64,000 nt of DNA from Clostridia bacterium (GTDB taxonomy: Bacteria > Bacillota > Clostridia > Oscillospirales > Acutalibacteraceae), in assembly GCA_017622555.1 (NCBI GenBank), contig JAGAQV010000017.1:3169-67168 (forward strand), given 5' to 3'. The notes beneath the pieces are model-generated. The model saw only the letters and a list, made by a program, of their open reading frames with translations. It did not search any database and was not told the origin of the DNA. Shown here piece by piece: positions 17,659 through 26,632 of the stretch (position 1 is its first letter; every line of letters begins with the position of its first letter). A program made the position numbers and the translations under genes.

Positions 17659-18891
17659 TCAAACATTTTGACCGGCCAAATAACCGGTAGAAAAAGCAAT
17701 TTGCAAATTAAAGCCACCTGTAAAGGCGTCAACGTCAATAACCTCGCCCGCAAAAAAAAGACCGGAAATTAGCTTTGATTCCATAGTAGCAGGGTTAATT
17801 TCTTTAACCGATACACCGCCACGAGTGATTATAGCCTCTTCCACGGGGCGAAGCCCTGTAACAGTTAGTGGGAAATTTTTTATAACCTCGCAAAGATGTA
17901 AGCGTTCCTCACGGCTTATTTGGTTAACCTTTTTATCCCCCTGAATGCCCGAAAGCTTTACCACAACAGGTATTAAGCTTTTAGGAAGTAATGCATCAAG
18001 CGAATTTGCAAAGTCCTTATTTTGAAGCTGTGAAAAGTCCCTTAAAATGCGGTTGTCAAGCATATCAAGGCTTAACGCAGGCTTTAAATCAATTAAAACA
18101 TTATATTCCTTGCCCGCCTTAACATAAGCCGAAGCCGACAAAACAAGCGGACCCGAAATCCCGAAATGCGTGAACAGCATTTCACCCATTTCGCTGAAAA
18201 CGGGCTTTTTCTTACCTTTTTCAAAAAGTGAAAGGGTTACGTTTTTAAGACTTAAGCCCGAAAGGCGTGTGCAAAAGCCCTCGTGACAGTTCATAGGCAC
18301 TAAAGAGCCCGAAATATCAGTAACAGTATGCCCCAAGGCCTTCGCCATTCGATAACCGTCACCCGTAGAGCCCGTTACCGAATATGAAGCGCCACCCGTG
18401 GCAATTACAACACTGTCAGCAGGTAAGGCTTCACTATTTGAAAGCTTTACACCCGCTACCTTGCCATTTTCAGTAAGTACTGCCGCAACCTCGCCGTTTA
18501 TAATTCTTACACCGTTCGCTTTTACGGTATTTACCAAAGCATCAACAATATCCACCGCTTTATCCGATACAGGAAAAACACGGTTGCCCCTTTCGGTTTT
18601 AAGGGGTACGCCAACACTTTCAAAAAAGGTCATAGTGTCCTGCGGTAAGAAAGATGAAAAGGCCGAATATAAAAACCTGGGATTTCGTGGCGTGTTTGCA
18701 ATTAAAGTGTCAAGGTCACAGTTGTTAGTAACGTTGCACCTGCCCTTGCCGGTTATCATAACCTTTCTGGCAGGGCGGTTATTTTTTTCAACCACCGTTA
18801 CCTCGGCACCACCGTTCCTATACTTATAGGCCGCACTTATTGCCGCCTTAAGTCCTGCAGCACCACCGCCGATTATAACAATATTTCTCAA
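17659..18891 (-). CDS. FAD-dependent oxidoreductase, HI0933/BaiN-like family
   Basis: GGGAAGL dinucleotide-binding N-terminus and family length of ~410 aa. TTG start with GAGGTG RBS. Confidence 0.8.
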   Translation of the reverse strand: MRNIVIIGGGAAGLKAAISAAYKYRNGGAEVTVVEKNNRPARKVMITGKGRCNVTNNCDLDTLIANTPRNPRFLYSAFSSFLPQDTMTFFESVGVPLKTERGNRVFPVSDKAVDIVDALVNTVKANGVRIINGEVAAVLTENGKVAGVKLSNSEALPADSVVIATGGASYSVTGSTGDGYRMAKALGHTVTDISGSLVPMNCHEGFCTRLSGLSLKNVTLSLFEKGKKKPVFSEMGEMLFTHFGISGPLVLSASAYVKAGKEYNVLIDLKPALSLDMLDNRILRDFSQLQNKDFANSLDALLPKSLIPVVVKLSGIQGDKKVNQISREERLHLCEVIKNFPLTVTGLRPVEEAIITRGGVSVKEINPATMESKLISGLFFAGEVIDVDAFTGGFNLQIAFSTGYLAGQNV

Positions 18892-19030
18892 GCCTTTTCA
18901 CCTCACAATCATCTTTTTTATTTTACAATAAAAACCGATAAAAGTAAAGGCTTAAAACCTTTTAAAAAATGTGGAAAATTTTAATAAAAAGCAAAACCGC
19001 AGACTGTAAAAAATCTACGGTTTTTAAGTT

Positions 19031-20191
19031 TTAAATAATTCTTACACGAATAACGCCGTCAATATCATTGATTTCCTTTTCAAGTGTAGCGATATCGGCA
19101 TTGTCAATGTCAAGCATTGTATATGCATAGTCGCCACGTGACTTGTTAAGCAGGTTTTCAATGTTAATACCATCATCAGATACAAGACCGGTAATTTTAG
19201 TAAGCATATTGGGAACGTTTTTGTGAATTACACAAACACGGTTTTTACCGCTTCTGGGCATTGTAACTTCGGGAAGATTAACTGAATTTACAATGTTACC
19301 GTTTTCGATGTAATCAATAAGCTCTTTTGCCGCCATAGAAGCGCAGTTGTCTTCCGATTCGGGAGTAGATGCACCCAAATGAGGAATTGCAATTACGCCG
19401 TCAACATCTAAAACATCATCAGTTGGGAAGTCGGTCACGTAAGCTGCAACCTTGCCCGATTCGAGCGCCGCAATTAAATCAGCGTCGTTAACCAAAGCAG
19501 CACGTGAGAAGTTAAGAATTCGAACGCCGTTCTTCATTTTTGCAATAGTGTCGGCATTAATCATATTCTTTGTGCTGTCAACAAGCGGTACGTGAATTGT
19601 GATATAATCGCAATTTGCATAAATTTCGTTAATATCGTTAATATAAACAGCATTGTGATTTAAGTTCCAAGCCGATTTAACCGACAAATAGGGGTCATAG
19701 CCGTAAACAGTCATACCAAGGTGGTTAGCGGCATTTGCAACCATAACACCAATTGCGCCAAGACCGATAACACCAAGCTTTTTGCCCTTAATTTCAGGAC
19801 CGCCAAATGCGCCCTTGCCCTTTTCAACCATTTTGCCAACCTCGGCCCCGTTGCCCTTTAGGGTTTTAGCCCATTCAATACCCGAAACAACACGGCGAGA
19901 TGATAAGAAAAGACCTGCCAAAACAAGCTCCTTAACAGCGTTAGCGTTAGCGCCGGGGGTGTTAAAAACTACAATACCCTGTTCACTGCAGCGGTCAATC
20001 GGGATATTATTAGTACCTGCACCCGCACGTGCAATAGCCTTTAAGGTTGCGGGAAATTCAGTGTCGTGAAGTGCGGCAGAACGAACAATCGCACCGTCGG
20101 CATTTTCAACCTCGTCACCAATGGTATATTTTTCATCAAAAACCTCTAAACCCGATTTAGAGATTTTGTTATAAGTTTTAATCTTATACAT
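19031..20191 (-). CDS. serA: D-3-phosphoglycerate dehydrogenase with C-terminal ACT domain
   Basis: 2-hydroxyacid dehydrogenase NAD site GVIGLGAIG, catalytic HLGAST, ACT-like tail. Translationally coupled to serC (TAATG). Confidence 0.88.
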   Translation of the reverse strand: MYKIKTYNKISKSGLEVFDEKYTIGDEVENADGAIVRSAALHDTEFPATLKAIARAGAGTNNIPIDRCSEQGIVVFNTPGANANAVKELVLAGLFLSSRRVVSGIEWAKTLKGNGAEVGKMVEKGKGAFGGPEIKGKKLGVIGLGAIGVMVANAANHLGMTVYGYDPYLSVKSAWNLNHNAVYINDINEIYANCDYITIHVPLVDSTKNMINADTIAKMKNGVRILNFSRAALVNDADLIAALESGKVAAYVTDFPTDDVLDVDGVIAIPHLGASTPESEDNCASMAAKELIDYIENGNIVNSVNLPEVTMPRSGKNRVCVIHKNVPNMLTKITGLVSDDGINIENLLNKSRGDYAYTMLDIDNADIATLEKEINDIDGVIRVRII

Positions 20192-21273
20192 TATGCGTTT
20201 TCCTCCTCGAATTTCTTCATAAATTCAACAAGCTTTTCTACGCCTTCAATAGGCATTGCATTGTAAATAGATGCACGCATACCGCCAACACTGCGGTGAC
20301 CCTTAAGGTTAACAAAACCTGCCTTCTTGCTTTCAGCAACGAATTTAGCATCAAGCTCGTCATTACCTGTAATAAAGGGAACGTTCATAAGTGAACGGTC
20401 TTCGGGAACAACTGTACCCTTGAACATTTTGGAATTATCAAGGAAATCGTAAAGGATTTTAGCTTTCTTTTCGTTTAGTTCCTTCATCTTTTCCAAACCG
20501 CCCATTTTCTTAATCCACTTGAAAGTAAGACCTGCAACGTAAATTGCATAGCAAGGGGGTGTGTTGAACATTGAGCCATTTTCAGAATGGGTATCATACT
20601 TAAGCATTGTGGGGGTAATATCCATAGCATTGCCAATAAGGTCCTTACGGATAATTACAATGGTAACACCTGCGGGAGCAACGTTCTTTTGTGCACCTGC
20701 ATAAAGTACGCCAAACTTGGTAACGTCGATAGGTTCAGACAAAATGCAGCTTGAAATATCAGCTACAAGCGGAACGTTACCTGTTTCGGGAATGTAGTTA
20801 TACTTAGTACCATAAATGGTATTGTTAAAGCAAATGTGAACGTAATCAGCATCCTTATCAAAATCTTCAGCCTTAACCTTAGGAATATAGCTGAAAGTTT
20901 TGTCCTTAGAGGAAGCAACAATACGTGCTTCACCATAACGTGCGGCTTCCTGATAAGCTTTGTTAGCCCACTGACCTGTTACGATAAAGTCAGCCTTCTT
21001 ATTCTTGTTCATAAGGTTTAAGGGAAGCATTGCAAACTGGGTAGATGCACCGCCCTGTAAGAAAAGAACTGCGTAATCATCAGGAATGTTCATAATCTCA
21101 CGAAGGTTAGCTTCTGTCTCATCAAAAATTGCTTGATATTCTTTCGAACGGTGAGACATTTCCATAACCGATTGACCGCTTGTGCCATATTCCAACATTT
21201 CGTCTGCTGCAGTCTTTAAAACCTCTTCAGGTAACATAGAAGGACCTGCGCTGAAATTGTAAACTCTTGCCAT
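20191..21273 (-). CDS. serC: 3-phosphoserine aminotransferase
   Basis: YNFSAGPSMLP N-terminus, class V aminotransferase features. ATG 21273 is preceded by GGAGG; the ORF-track start at 21288 contains the RBS. Confidence 0.92.
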   Translation of the reverse strand: MARVYNFSAGPSMLPEEVLKTAADEMLEYGTSGQSVMEMSHRSKEYQAIFDETEANLREIMNIPDDYAVLFLQGGASTQFAMLPLNLMNKNKKADFIVTGQWANKAYQEAARYGEARIVASSKDKTFSYIPKVKAEDFDKDADYVHICFNNTIYGTKYNYIPETGNVPLVADISSCILSEPIDVTKFGVLYAGAQKNVAPAGVTIVIIRKDLIGNAMDITPTMLKYDTHSENGSMFNTPPCYAIYVAGLTFKWIKKMGGLEKMKELNEKKAKILYDFLDNSKMFKGTVVPEDRSLMNVPFITGNDELDAKFVAESKKAGFVNLKGHRSVGGMRASIYNAMPIEGVEKLVEFMKKFEEENA

Positions 21274-21307
21274 AATAATGACCTCCAAAATTTAATGTAC
21301 GCTATAC

Positions 21308-21336
21308 ATTATATGCGGTCGATATAACAATGTCAA
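21308..21336 (-). promoter_or_regulatory. Consensus sigma-A promoter for serC-serA
   Basis: On the minus strand: TTGACA, 17 nt, TATAAT. Confidence 0.6.
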
Positions 21337-21420
21337 TAGGTTTGTTAAAAACTTGTCAAAGTTTTTGCGAAATTTTCAAAATTTTACAAATTCTTTGTTA
21401 AAAAAATATCAATACCGCAT

Positions 21421-21453
21421 AAATAAAGGCCTGACAGTTCTTGACCGTCAGGC
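21421..21453 (-). terminator. Intrinsic terminator after cysK
   Basis: Stem gcctgacag/ccgtcaggc with one mismatch, U-rich tail on the minus strand. Confidence 0.7.
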
Positions 21454-21464
21454 AAATTTTTATA

Positions 21465-22394
21465 TTAAATATCAAAAAGTTCGGTTGAAAGGTAACGTGA
21501 ACCACCATCGGGCAATATTACAACAATATTTTTACCCCTCATCTCTTCCCTGTTTGCCACCTGTATTGCCGCACAAAAAGCAGCGCCCGAAGAAATACCA
21601 ACCGAAAGTCCCTCGTTTGCCGAAAGCTGCTGTGCATAGCTTATTGCATCATTATCGGCCACGGTAATTACTTCATCACAAACAGAAGCGTCATAATTTT
21701 CAGGAATAAAGCCAGCACCAATGCCCTGAATTTTATGAGCACCGCTTTTACCCGTGGTTATAAAGGGAGATGAAAGCGGCTCGACACCAATTATTTTTAT
21801 ATCACTGTTTTTCTCTTTAAGGTAACGGCCAATACCGGTAATTGTACCGCCCGAGCCGATACCACACACAACAGCATCAACCCTGCCGTTTAAATCACCC
21901 CAAATTTCAGGCGCAGTCATTTTATAATGCGCTTCGGGGTTTGCGGGGTTATAAAACTGACCTGCAATTATACTGTTTTCTATTTCACGGTTTAGCTCCT
22001 CGGCCTTTTCAATTGAGCCGTTCATACCCTTTTTACCGTCAGTCAGCACAACCTTAGCACCGTAAGAAGCAATAAGCTTGCGGCGCTCAACCGACATGGT
22101 TTCAGGCATAACTAAAATTGCGTTATAGCCCTTTGCTGCACAAATTGCCGCAATGCCAATACCGGTATTACCAGAAGTTGGCTCAATAACAGTACCACCT
22201 GACTTTAACGTGCCGTTTTGTTCAGCCGTTTCAATCATATTAAGTGCTACCCTGTCCTTAACACTACCCGCGGGGTTAAAATATTCAAGCTTTGCGAAAA
22301 CGTTACCGCCAAAGCCGTATTTGTTTTTTGAATTGTTAAGCAAAAGCATTGGTGTATTACCAACAGCTTGACTTAATGAATTGTATAATGCCAT
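21465..22394 (-). CDS. cysK: Cysteine synthase A (O-acetylserine sulfhydrylase)
   Basis: PLP-enzyme motifs (NPAGSVKDR, TSGNTGIG, GIGSGGTITG). The true start is MALYNSLSQAVGNTPM at 22394. The 431-aa ORF-track version is an upstream extension antisense to greA. Confidence 0.92.
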   Translation of the reverse strand: MALYNSLSQAVGNTPMLLLNNSKNKYGFGGNVFAKLEYFNPAGSVKDRVALNMIETAEQNGTLKSGGTVIEPTSGNTGIGIAAICAAKGYNAILVMPETMSVERRKLIASYGAKVVLTDGKKGMNGSIEKAEELNREIENSIIAGQFYNPANPEAHYKMTAPEIWGDLNGRVDAVVCGIGSGGTITGIGRYLKEKNSDIKIIGVEPLSSPFITTGKSGAHKIQGIGAGFIPENYDASVCDEVITVADNDAISYAQQLSANEGLSVGISSGAAFCAAIQVANREEMRGKNIVVILPDGGSRYLSTELFDI

Positions 22395-22448
22395 AAAAAC
22401 ACCTCTTTTGTATTTTACCCCAAACACCTTACACTTTGCAACAGTTAC

Positions 22449-22476
22449 TTGAAAATTTTTCATTTTTTGGTATAAT
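22449..22476 (+). promoter_or_regulatory. Sigma-A promoter for greA
   Basis: TTGAAA, 16 nt, TGgTATAAT (extended -10). Confidence 0.5.
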
Positions 22477-22491
22477 ATATGCGGTGATAAA

Positions 22492-22995
22492 ATGTTTGAC
22501 GAATTAACAAATGTTGATATTAAGAAAATGAAGGACGAGCTTGAATACCGTATAACCGTGCTTCGCCCCAAGATTTTGGAGGAGGTTGTTTTTACCCGAA
22601 GCTTTGGCGATTTATCCGAAAATGCCGAATACCACGCCGCCAAGCGTGAAAGAGGTAAAAACGAAAGCCGTATTAGATACCTTCGCAATATGATTAAAAC
22701 CGCTGTAGTGATTGACACAGACAGTAAGGAAGATGAAATCGGTCTTTTTGATACAGTCACCTATTACGTTGAAGAGGATGACTGCGAAGAACAGGTACGA
22801 ATTGTAACAACCCTTCGCCAAAATTCAATGGCGGGTATTATCAGTAAAGAATCCCCTTTAGGTGCGGCAATTATGGGCAAAAAGGTAAACGACCGTATAT
22901 ATATTAAGGTAAACGATAATTACGGTTATTATATTGTAATAAGAAAAATAGAAAAAGGCGAAGACGACGAAAGCCTTGAAATAAGGAAATTTTAA
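22492..22995 (+). CDS. greA: Transcription elongation factor GreA
   Basis: GDLSENAEYHAAK motif, ~160 aa. Confidence 0.92.
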   Translation: MFDELTNVDIKKMKDELEYRITVLRPKILEEVVFTRSFGDLSENAEYHAAKRERGKNESRIRYLRNMIKTAVVIDTDSKEDEIGLFDTVTYYVEEDDCEEQVRIVTTLRQNSMAGIISKESPLGAAIMGKKVNDRIYIKVNDNYGYYIVIRKIEKGEDDESLEIRKF

Positions 22996-23022
22996 AGAGG
23001 TCACAATGCGTGACCTCTTTTT
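22996..23022 (+). terminator. Intrinsic terminator after greA
   Basis: Stem agaggtcac/gtgacctct, T-run. Confidence 0.8.
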
Positions 23023-23062
23023 ACGTTCAAATCATAGCTTGTCGGGCTAAAGCCCAATTTAT

Positions 23063-24868
23063 CTAATTGTTCCCCTCTAAAATACTGTGGTCGATAAACG
23101 AAACGGTTTGTTTTTTGCCGTCATATTTTACGTCAAAAATTTCGATAACGTTATCCTTTTCTTTTAAAAGACCGCCCGGTACGTAAAGTGTGCGTTGTGG
23201 ACCCTTATCCCAAAAACGACCAATGTTAAAGCCGTTTATCCAAATGTTGCCGTGTGAAAAGCCATTGGTAAGCAAGAAAGTATCAATCCCTGCTTTTGCA
23301 TCAAATTTACCCTTTAAAAAGCAAGGTTTATTCGCTTTTTCATCGCCGATTGGTTTATAATTCAGTTTAGTTATATCATCAAGCGGCAAAGACCACTGCT
23401 TCCAATTAAACCAGTTAGAATAAATTGAAACGTTCCCCACAATACCTTTGTTTTCGGTATAGGTTTTGTGGTTAGAATAACGCCCCAAATTTTCAACCAA
23501 AACGTTAACGTCCATTCCGTTTTCATCATTTGTAAGAATTATCGGGGTATTTTCACCATCTCGCAAATATTCGCCCTTATATTCACCGTTTACAAAAACG
23601 TTAGCCTTATCGTTCACATAAGAAAGGTTAAGCGGTCCCGTATATTTACCCGGCGCAACCTTTACATTATATAAAACGTAGCCGAAATTTTGGTTTAATT
23701 CTTCCATTGTAAGTGGCTCAAGCGATTCCTTTTCACAAACCGCCAAATTTTCAAGGTTTTGAAATAAGTCGGCACTTTCGCAAAGCTCAACTTCAAACGC
23801 TTGCGTCGGCTTTTTATTATATGTATGTGGGCGTTTTGCTTTGCCTAAATACTCATCTAGAATATCACGGCATAAGAAATATTTTTCGGTGGGGTTGCCG
23901 TCCTCACTTATTAAAGAATCGCAGTCATAAGACGTAGCATAAGGCAAAAACTTTGACGGCAGCTTATAATCGTCAGCATAGGAATGACCATAAATTGCGC
24001 CGCTTGTAAAACCAAAGTTTGTGCCACCCGAAAACATATAAAAGCTGACCTGCACACCGTTTTCAAGTAACAGCTTATAGGTGTCTGCCACTTCCTTAGG
24101 GTTGCGGTAAGAAAATTCTTTAGTCCATTGTTGGCTTCTGCCCGACCACAATTCACCTGCAAACTTTGGTAAATTAGGCAATAAATCGGCATAAGCGTTT
24201 AAGGGATGCGAACAGTCCTCAACCCTTGCCCTAAAGTTTAAACCAACGAAGCTGTCATCGGTGGTACCGTTATAAATCATAGCCCTAACAGCGCCGTCGG
24301 TAGTGTAAAACGGGACGTCTACCCCGCCATTTTCAAGCATTTGGCGAAGTTCTTTGAGATACACCTTGTCATTACCATAGGTGCCATATTCGTTTTCAAT
24401 ACAAACCGCAATAATCGGGCCGCCATTGGTTGAAAGATACGGCACAAACACCTTGCACAGCACCTTAAAATAATCCGAAACTGCCGCCAAAAATGCGGGG
24501 TGACTACAACGGAATTTCATATCCTTATCCCGCAATAGCCAAGCAGGCATACCGCCAAGGTCAAGTTCTGAACAAATATACGGTCCCGGACGAAGCATAA
24601 CCTTTAAACCAACCCTTTGGGCAGTTTCTAAAAAGGCGGCAAGGTCAAGAATACCCGAAAAATCAAAAACGCCCTTTTCCTTTTCGTGCTGGTGCCAAGG
24701 TACGTAAACCTGAATGGCAGTAAGCCCAAAATCCTTTGCTAAATTAAGGCGATGCTCCCAGTCAGACGGGTGTATGCGAAAATAATGAATATCACCAACA
24801 GCAAGGTAAAATTCCTCGCTGTTTAGGTAAAATTTTTCCTTATCATAGGTTAAAAGTTGTTTTTGCAT
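23063..24868 (-). CDS. Beta-galactosidase, glycoside hydrolase family 35
   Basis: GH35 N-terminal TIM-barrel signatures (YFRIHPSDWEHRL, VYVPWHQHE, GPYICSELDLGG.P.WL, ENEYG). Confidence 0.85.
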   Translation of the reverse strand: MQKQLLTYDKEKFYLNSEEFYLAVGDIHYFRIHPSDWEHRLNLAKDFGLTAIQVYVPWHQHEKEKGVFDFSGILDLAAFLETAQRVGLKVMLRPGPYICSELDLGGMPAWLLRDKDMKFRCSHPAFLAAVSDYFKVLCKVFVPYLSTNGGPIIAVCIENEYGTYGNDKVYLKELRQMLENGGVDVPFYTTDGAVRAMIYNGTTDDSFVGLNFRARVEDCSHPLNAYADLLPNLPKFAGELWSGRSQQWTKEFSYRNPKEVADTYKLLLENGVQVSFYMFSGGTNFGFTSGAIYGHSYADDYKLPSKFLPYATSYDCDSLISEDGNPTEKYFLCRDILDEYLGKAKRPHTYNKKPTQAFEVELCESADLFQNLENLAVCEKESLEPLTMEELNQNFGYVLYNVKVAPGKYTGPLNLSYVNDKANVFVNGEYKGEYLRDGENTPIILTNDENGMDVNVLVENLGRYSNHKTYTENKGIVGNVSIYSNWFNWKQWSLPLDDITKLNYKPIGDEKANKPCFLKGKFDAKAGIDTFLLTNGFSHGNIWINGFNIGRFWDKGPQRTLYVPGGLLKEKDNVIEIFDVKYDGKKQTVSFIDHSILEGNN

Positions 24869-24876
24869 AAAGTCAC

Positions 24877-25464
24877 CTAATTTTCCTCAGTTTTAGAATA
24901 AACCTTCATACCAACACCGTGGTCGTGTACTAAAATATCCTTCGGCATTTTTAAAAACCTTACAGTAACGTACATATCACCTGCGGCGCCCGAAATGTTC
25001 ATAATTTGAATAAAATAAACCACCCAAAACCATTCTCGTGGCATAAAGCAGTTAATAACCGCAATAACAACGCCCCATACAATAACGGGTGCCAAAGCAA
25101 TTGTTATATAGCTTTTCTTATCATAATAATCATCACTGCCGGCAAAAGCGTAAAGCCCTGTAAAGCCATATTTAACCTTTTGGGTGCCGCAAAGCTTCAT
25201 TGTAATGCCGTGTACTAATTCGTGCAAAACCATATAAACAACTATTGAACCCAAAAGCACACCAAAGCGAATAAAATACTGCGCAAAACCGTATTCAAAG
25301 CTAAAAAGCTCTCTTATTGGTATGTAAAAGCACATTGGCACAATCATTAAAACCGAAATTATTATAGCGAGTCCGTTTACTAGTAACGACTTTTTCTTGT
25401 CCTTTTGTAAATCAATTTCGTAAATTTGGTTAAAGCCTTCAGGTAAAGTATTAAGAGCTTTCAT
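24877..25464 (-). CDS. DUF3267-family putative membrane zincin metallopeptidase
   Basis: TM helices and a HELVHG motif. ATG 25464 follows a GAGGTGG RBS; the ORF-track start at 25572 is an extension. Confidence 0.6.
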   Translation of the reverse strand: MKALNTLPEGFNQIYEIDLQKDKKKSLLVNGLAIIISVLMIVPMCFYIPIRELFSFEYGFAQYFIRFGVLLGSIVVYMVLHELVHGITMKLCGTQKVKYGFTGLYAFAGSDDYYDKKSYITIALAPVIVWGVVIAVINCFMPREWFWVVYFIQIMNISGAAGDMYVTVRFLKMPKDILVHDHGVGMKVYSKTEEN

Positions 25465-25583
25465 AAAACCACCTCGTACTTGAATTGTAGCACAACAATC
25501 CAAAAAGGGCAATATTTTAACCGTTTTAGTGCAAAAATGTAATATAAAACCCGTGTTAGAAAACTCTAACACGAGGTTTAAAA

Positions 25584-26225
25584 TTAAAATTCAATATCCA
25601 AAAGCTCGGAAAAATCGTATATATAATAATCAGAAACTGTTTTGATGTCATCAACATAGTCCTTTGAAGAATCATCATAAACACCGCAAACCTTCATACC
25701 CGCTGTTTTTGCGGTTTTGTCAGCGTTATAATTATCATCCAAAAACAAAACCTCATTTACATTTTTGCCTAACTTTTCAGCCGCCATTTTGTAAATTTCA
25801 GGGTTGGCCTTTGTGGTAGCAAAATCATCACACGACCACACGTTATCAAATAAATCATAAAGGTCAAGCCTTTTAAGGCAAGCGTCAAGAGTTATATGGG
25901 GGCTGGCTGTCAAAACATTAAGACTGTTACCCCTGCTTTTAAGCTTTTTAAGCACAGAAATTACGTTGCTTTTTGCGGGAATTTTATTAAAATACCCGTC
26001 AAGCATATATTCCTGCATTAAGCCGATTATTTCTTCCTTTGTAAGCTTAACACCAAGCTTTAAATAATATTCCGCCGTGCCGTTAACACCAAGCGGAGTA
26101 ATAATTTTAACAATATCATCCCCATAGGAAATGTTGTTTTCATCCAAAATACGCAGCATTGCACTTATAAAGGTCGGCATAGAATCAACAAGTGTGCCGT
26201 CAAAATCAAATAAATAAGTTTTCAT
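25584..26225 (-). CDS. HAD-superfamily hydrolase (phosphatase/beta-phosphoglucomutase-like)
   Basis: DFDGTLVDS motif I and a distal LDDN/D motif. GAGGTGGGAG RBS. Confidence 0.8.
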   Translation of the reverse strand: MKTYLFDFDGTLVDSMPTFISAMLRILDENNISYGDDIVKIITPLGVNGTAEYYLKLGVKLTKEEIIGLMQEYMLDGYFNKIPAKSNVISVLKKLKSRGNSLNVLTASPHITLDACLKRLDLYDLFDNVWSCDDFATTKANPEIYKMAAEKLGKNVNEVLFLDDNYNADKTAKTAGMKVCGVYDDSSKDYVDDIKTVSDYYIYDFSELLDIEF

Positions 26226-26242
26226 ACTCCCACCTCAAAGGT

Positions 26243-26271
26243 AGTATAGCATAAAAACGGTGGTAGGACAA
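26243..26271 (-). promoter_or_regulatory. Sigma-A-type promoter for the HAD gene
   Basis: On the minus strand: TTGTCC, 17 nt, TGcTATACT. Confidence 0.5.
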
Positions 26272-26280
26272 GGGGATTTA

Positions 26281-26455
26281 AGTGAAGCGTCGGCAAAGCC
26301 GACGTGATGCATTTGCTACGCAAACGTGATGTTATGTGCTAACGCACAAAGTGATGTAATGTGTTCCTTCCCACGCGCCGAAGGCGTGCATCACGAGCAA
26401 AGCCTGCATCACGCACGAAGTGTGCATCACGTTCCGCACACGCGGAACACATCGT
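26281..26455. repeat. Hairpin-spaced short-repeat array 1: GTGATG x3 (direct) then TGCATCACG x3 (inverted)
   Basis: GTGATG at 26304, 26326 and 26351. TGCATCAC at 26387, 26405 and 26423, with a degenerate 4th copy (acacatcg). Spacer mini-hairpins: cgtcggc/gccgacg, tttgc/gcaaa, tgtgc/gcaca, cgcgcc/ggcgtg, gcac/gtgc, gttccgc/gcggaac. Confidence 0.85.
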
Positions 26456-26460
26456 TTTCA

Positions 26461-26499
26461 AAACAAAAAAGCACTTCTTTCGAAGTGCTTTTTTGTTTT
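26461..26499. terminator. Bidirectional intrinsic terminator
   Basis: A6, stem gcacttc/gaagtgc, T6. Downstream of the GH63-like gene on the minus strand. Confidence 0.8.
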
Positions 26500-26632
26500 G
26501 GGTGTTTTGAACTTAATGACACGAATAAACTGTGCCTGAAAGCTGGGGATTTTTCTATTTGCTCGGCGGTATAATAATAACCGCCAACCCTTGAAAAAGC
26601 TTGATTATTATTTTCATCCTTTTAAATTATAA

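Noticed and set aside
22395-22760. The N-terminal 122-aa extension of the cysK ORF (the 431-aa version in the ORF track).
   Set aside because: The extension is antisense to greA and low-complexity. The canonical CysK N-terminus starts at 22394. The divergent promoter region lies in between.
26326-26574. An 82-aa plus-strand ORF with His-rich stretches (HHEQSLHHARSVHHVPH) spanning array 1.
   Set aside because: The His pairs are just the CATCAC repeat read in frame. The ORF has no RBS and reads straight through the terminator hairpin and beyond, so it is an artefact of the repeat.
26564-26586. A hairpin ggcggt-ataataata-accgcc with a TATAAT in its loop, about 50 nt after the GH63-like stop.
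   Set aside because: There is no U-run on either strand, so it is not a terminator, and no credible -35 for a promoter. The adjacent 20-codon minus-strand ORF has its AAAGGA directly abutting the ATG. I treat it as an unexplained minor stem-loop.
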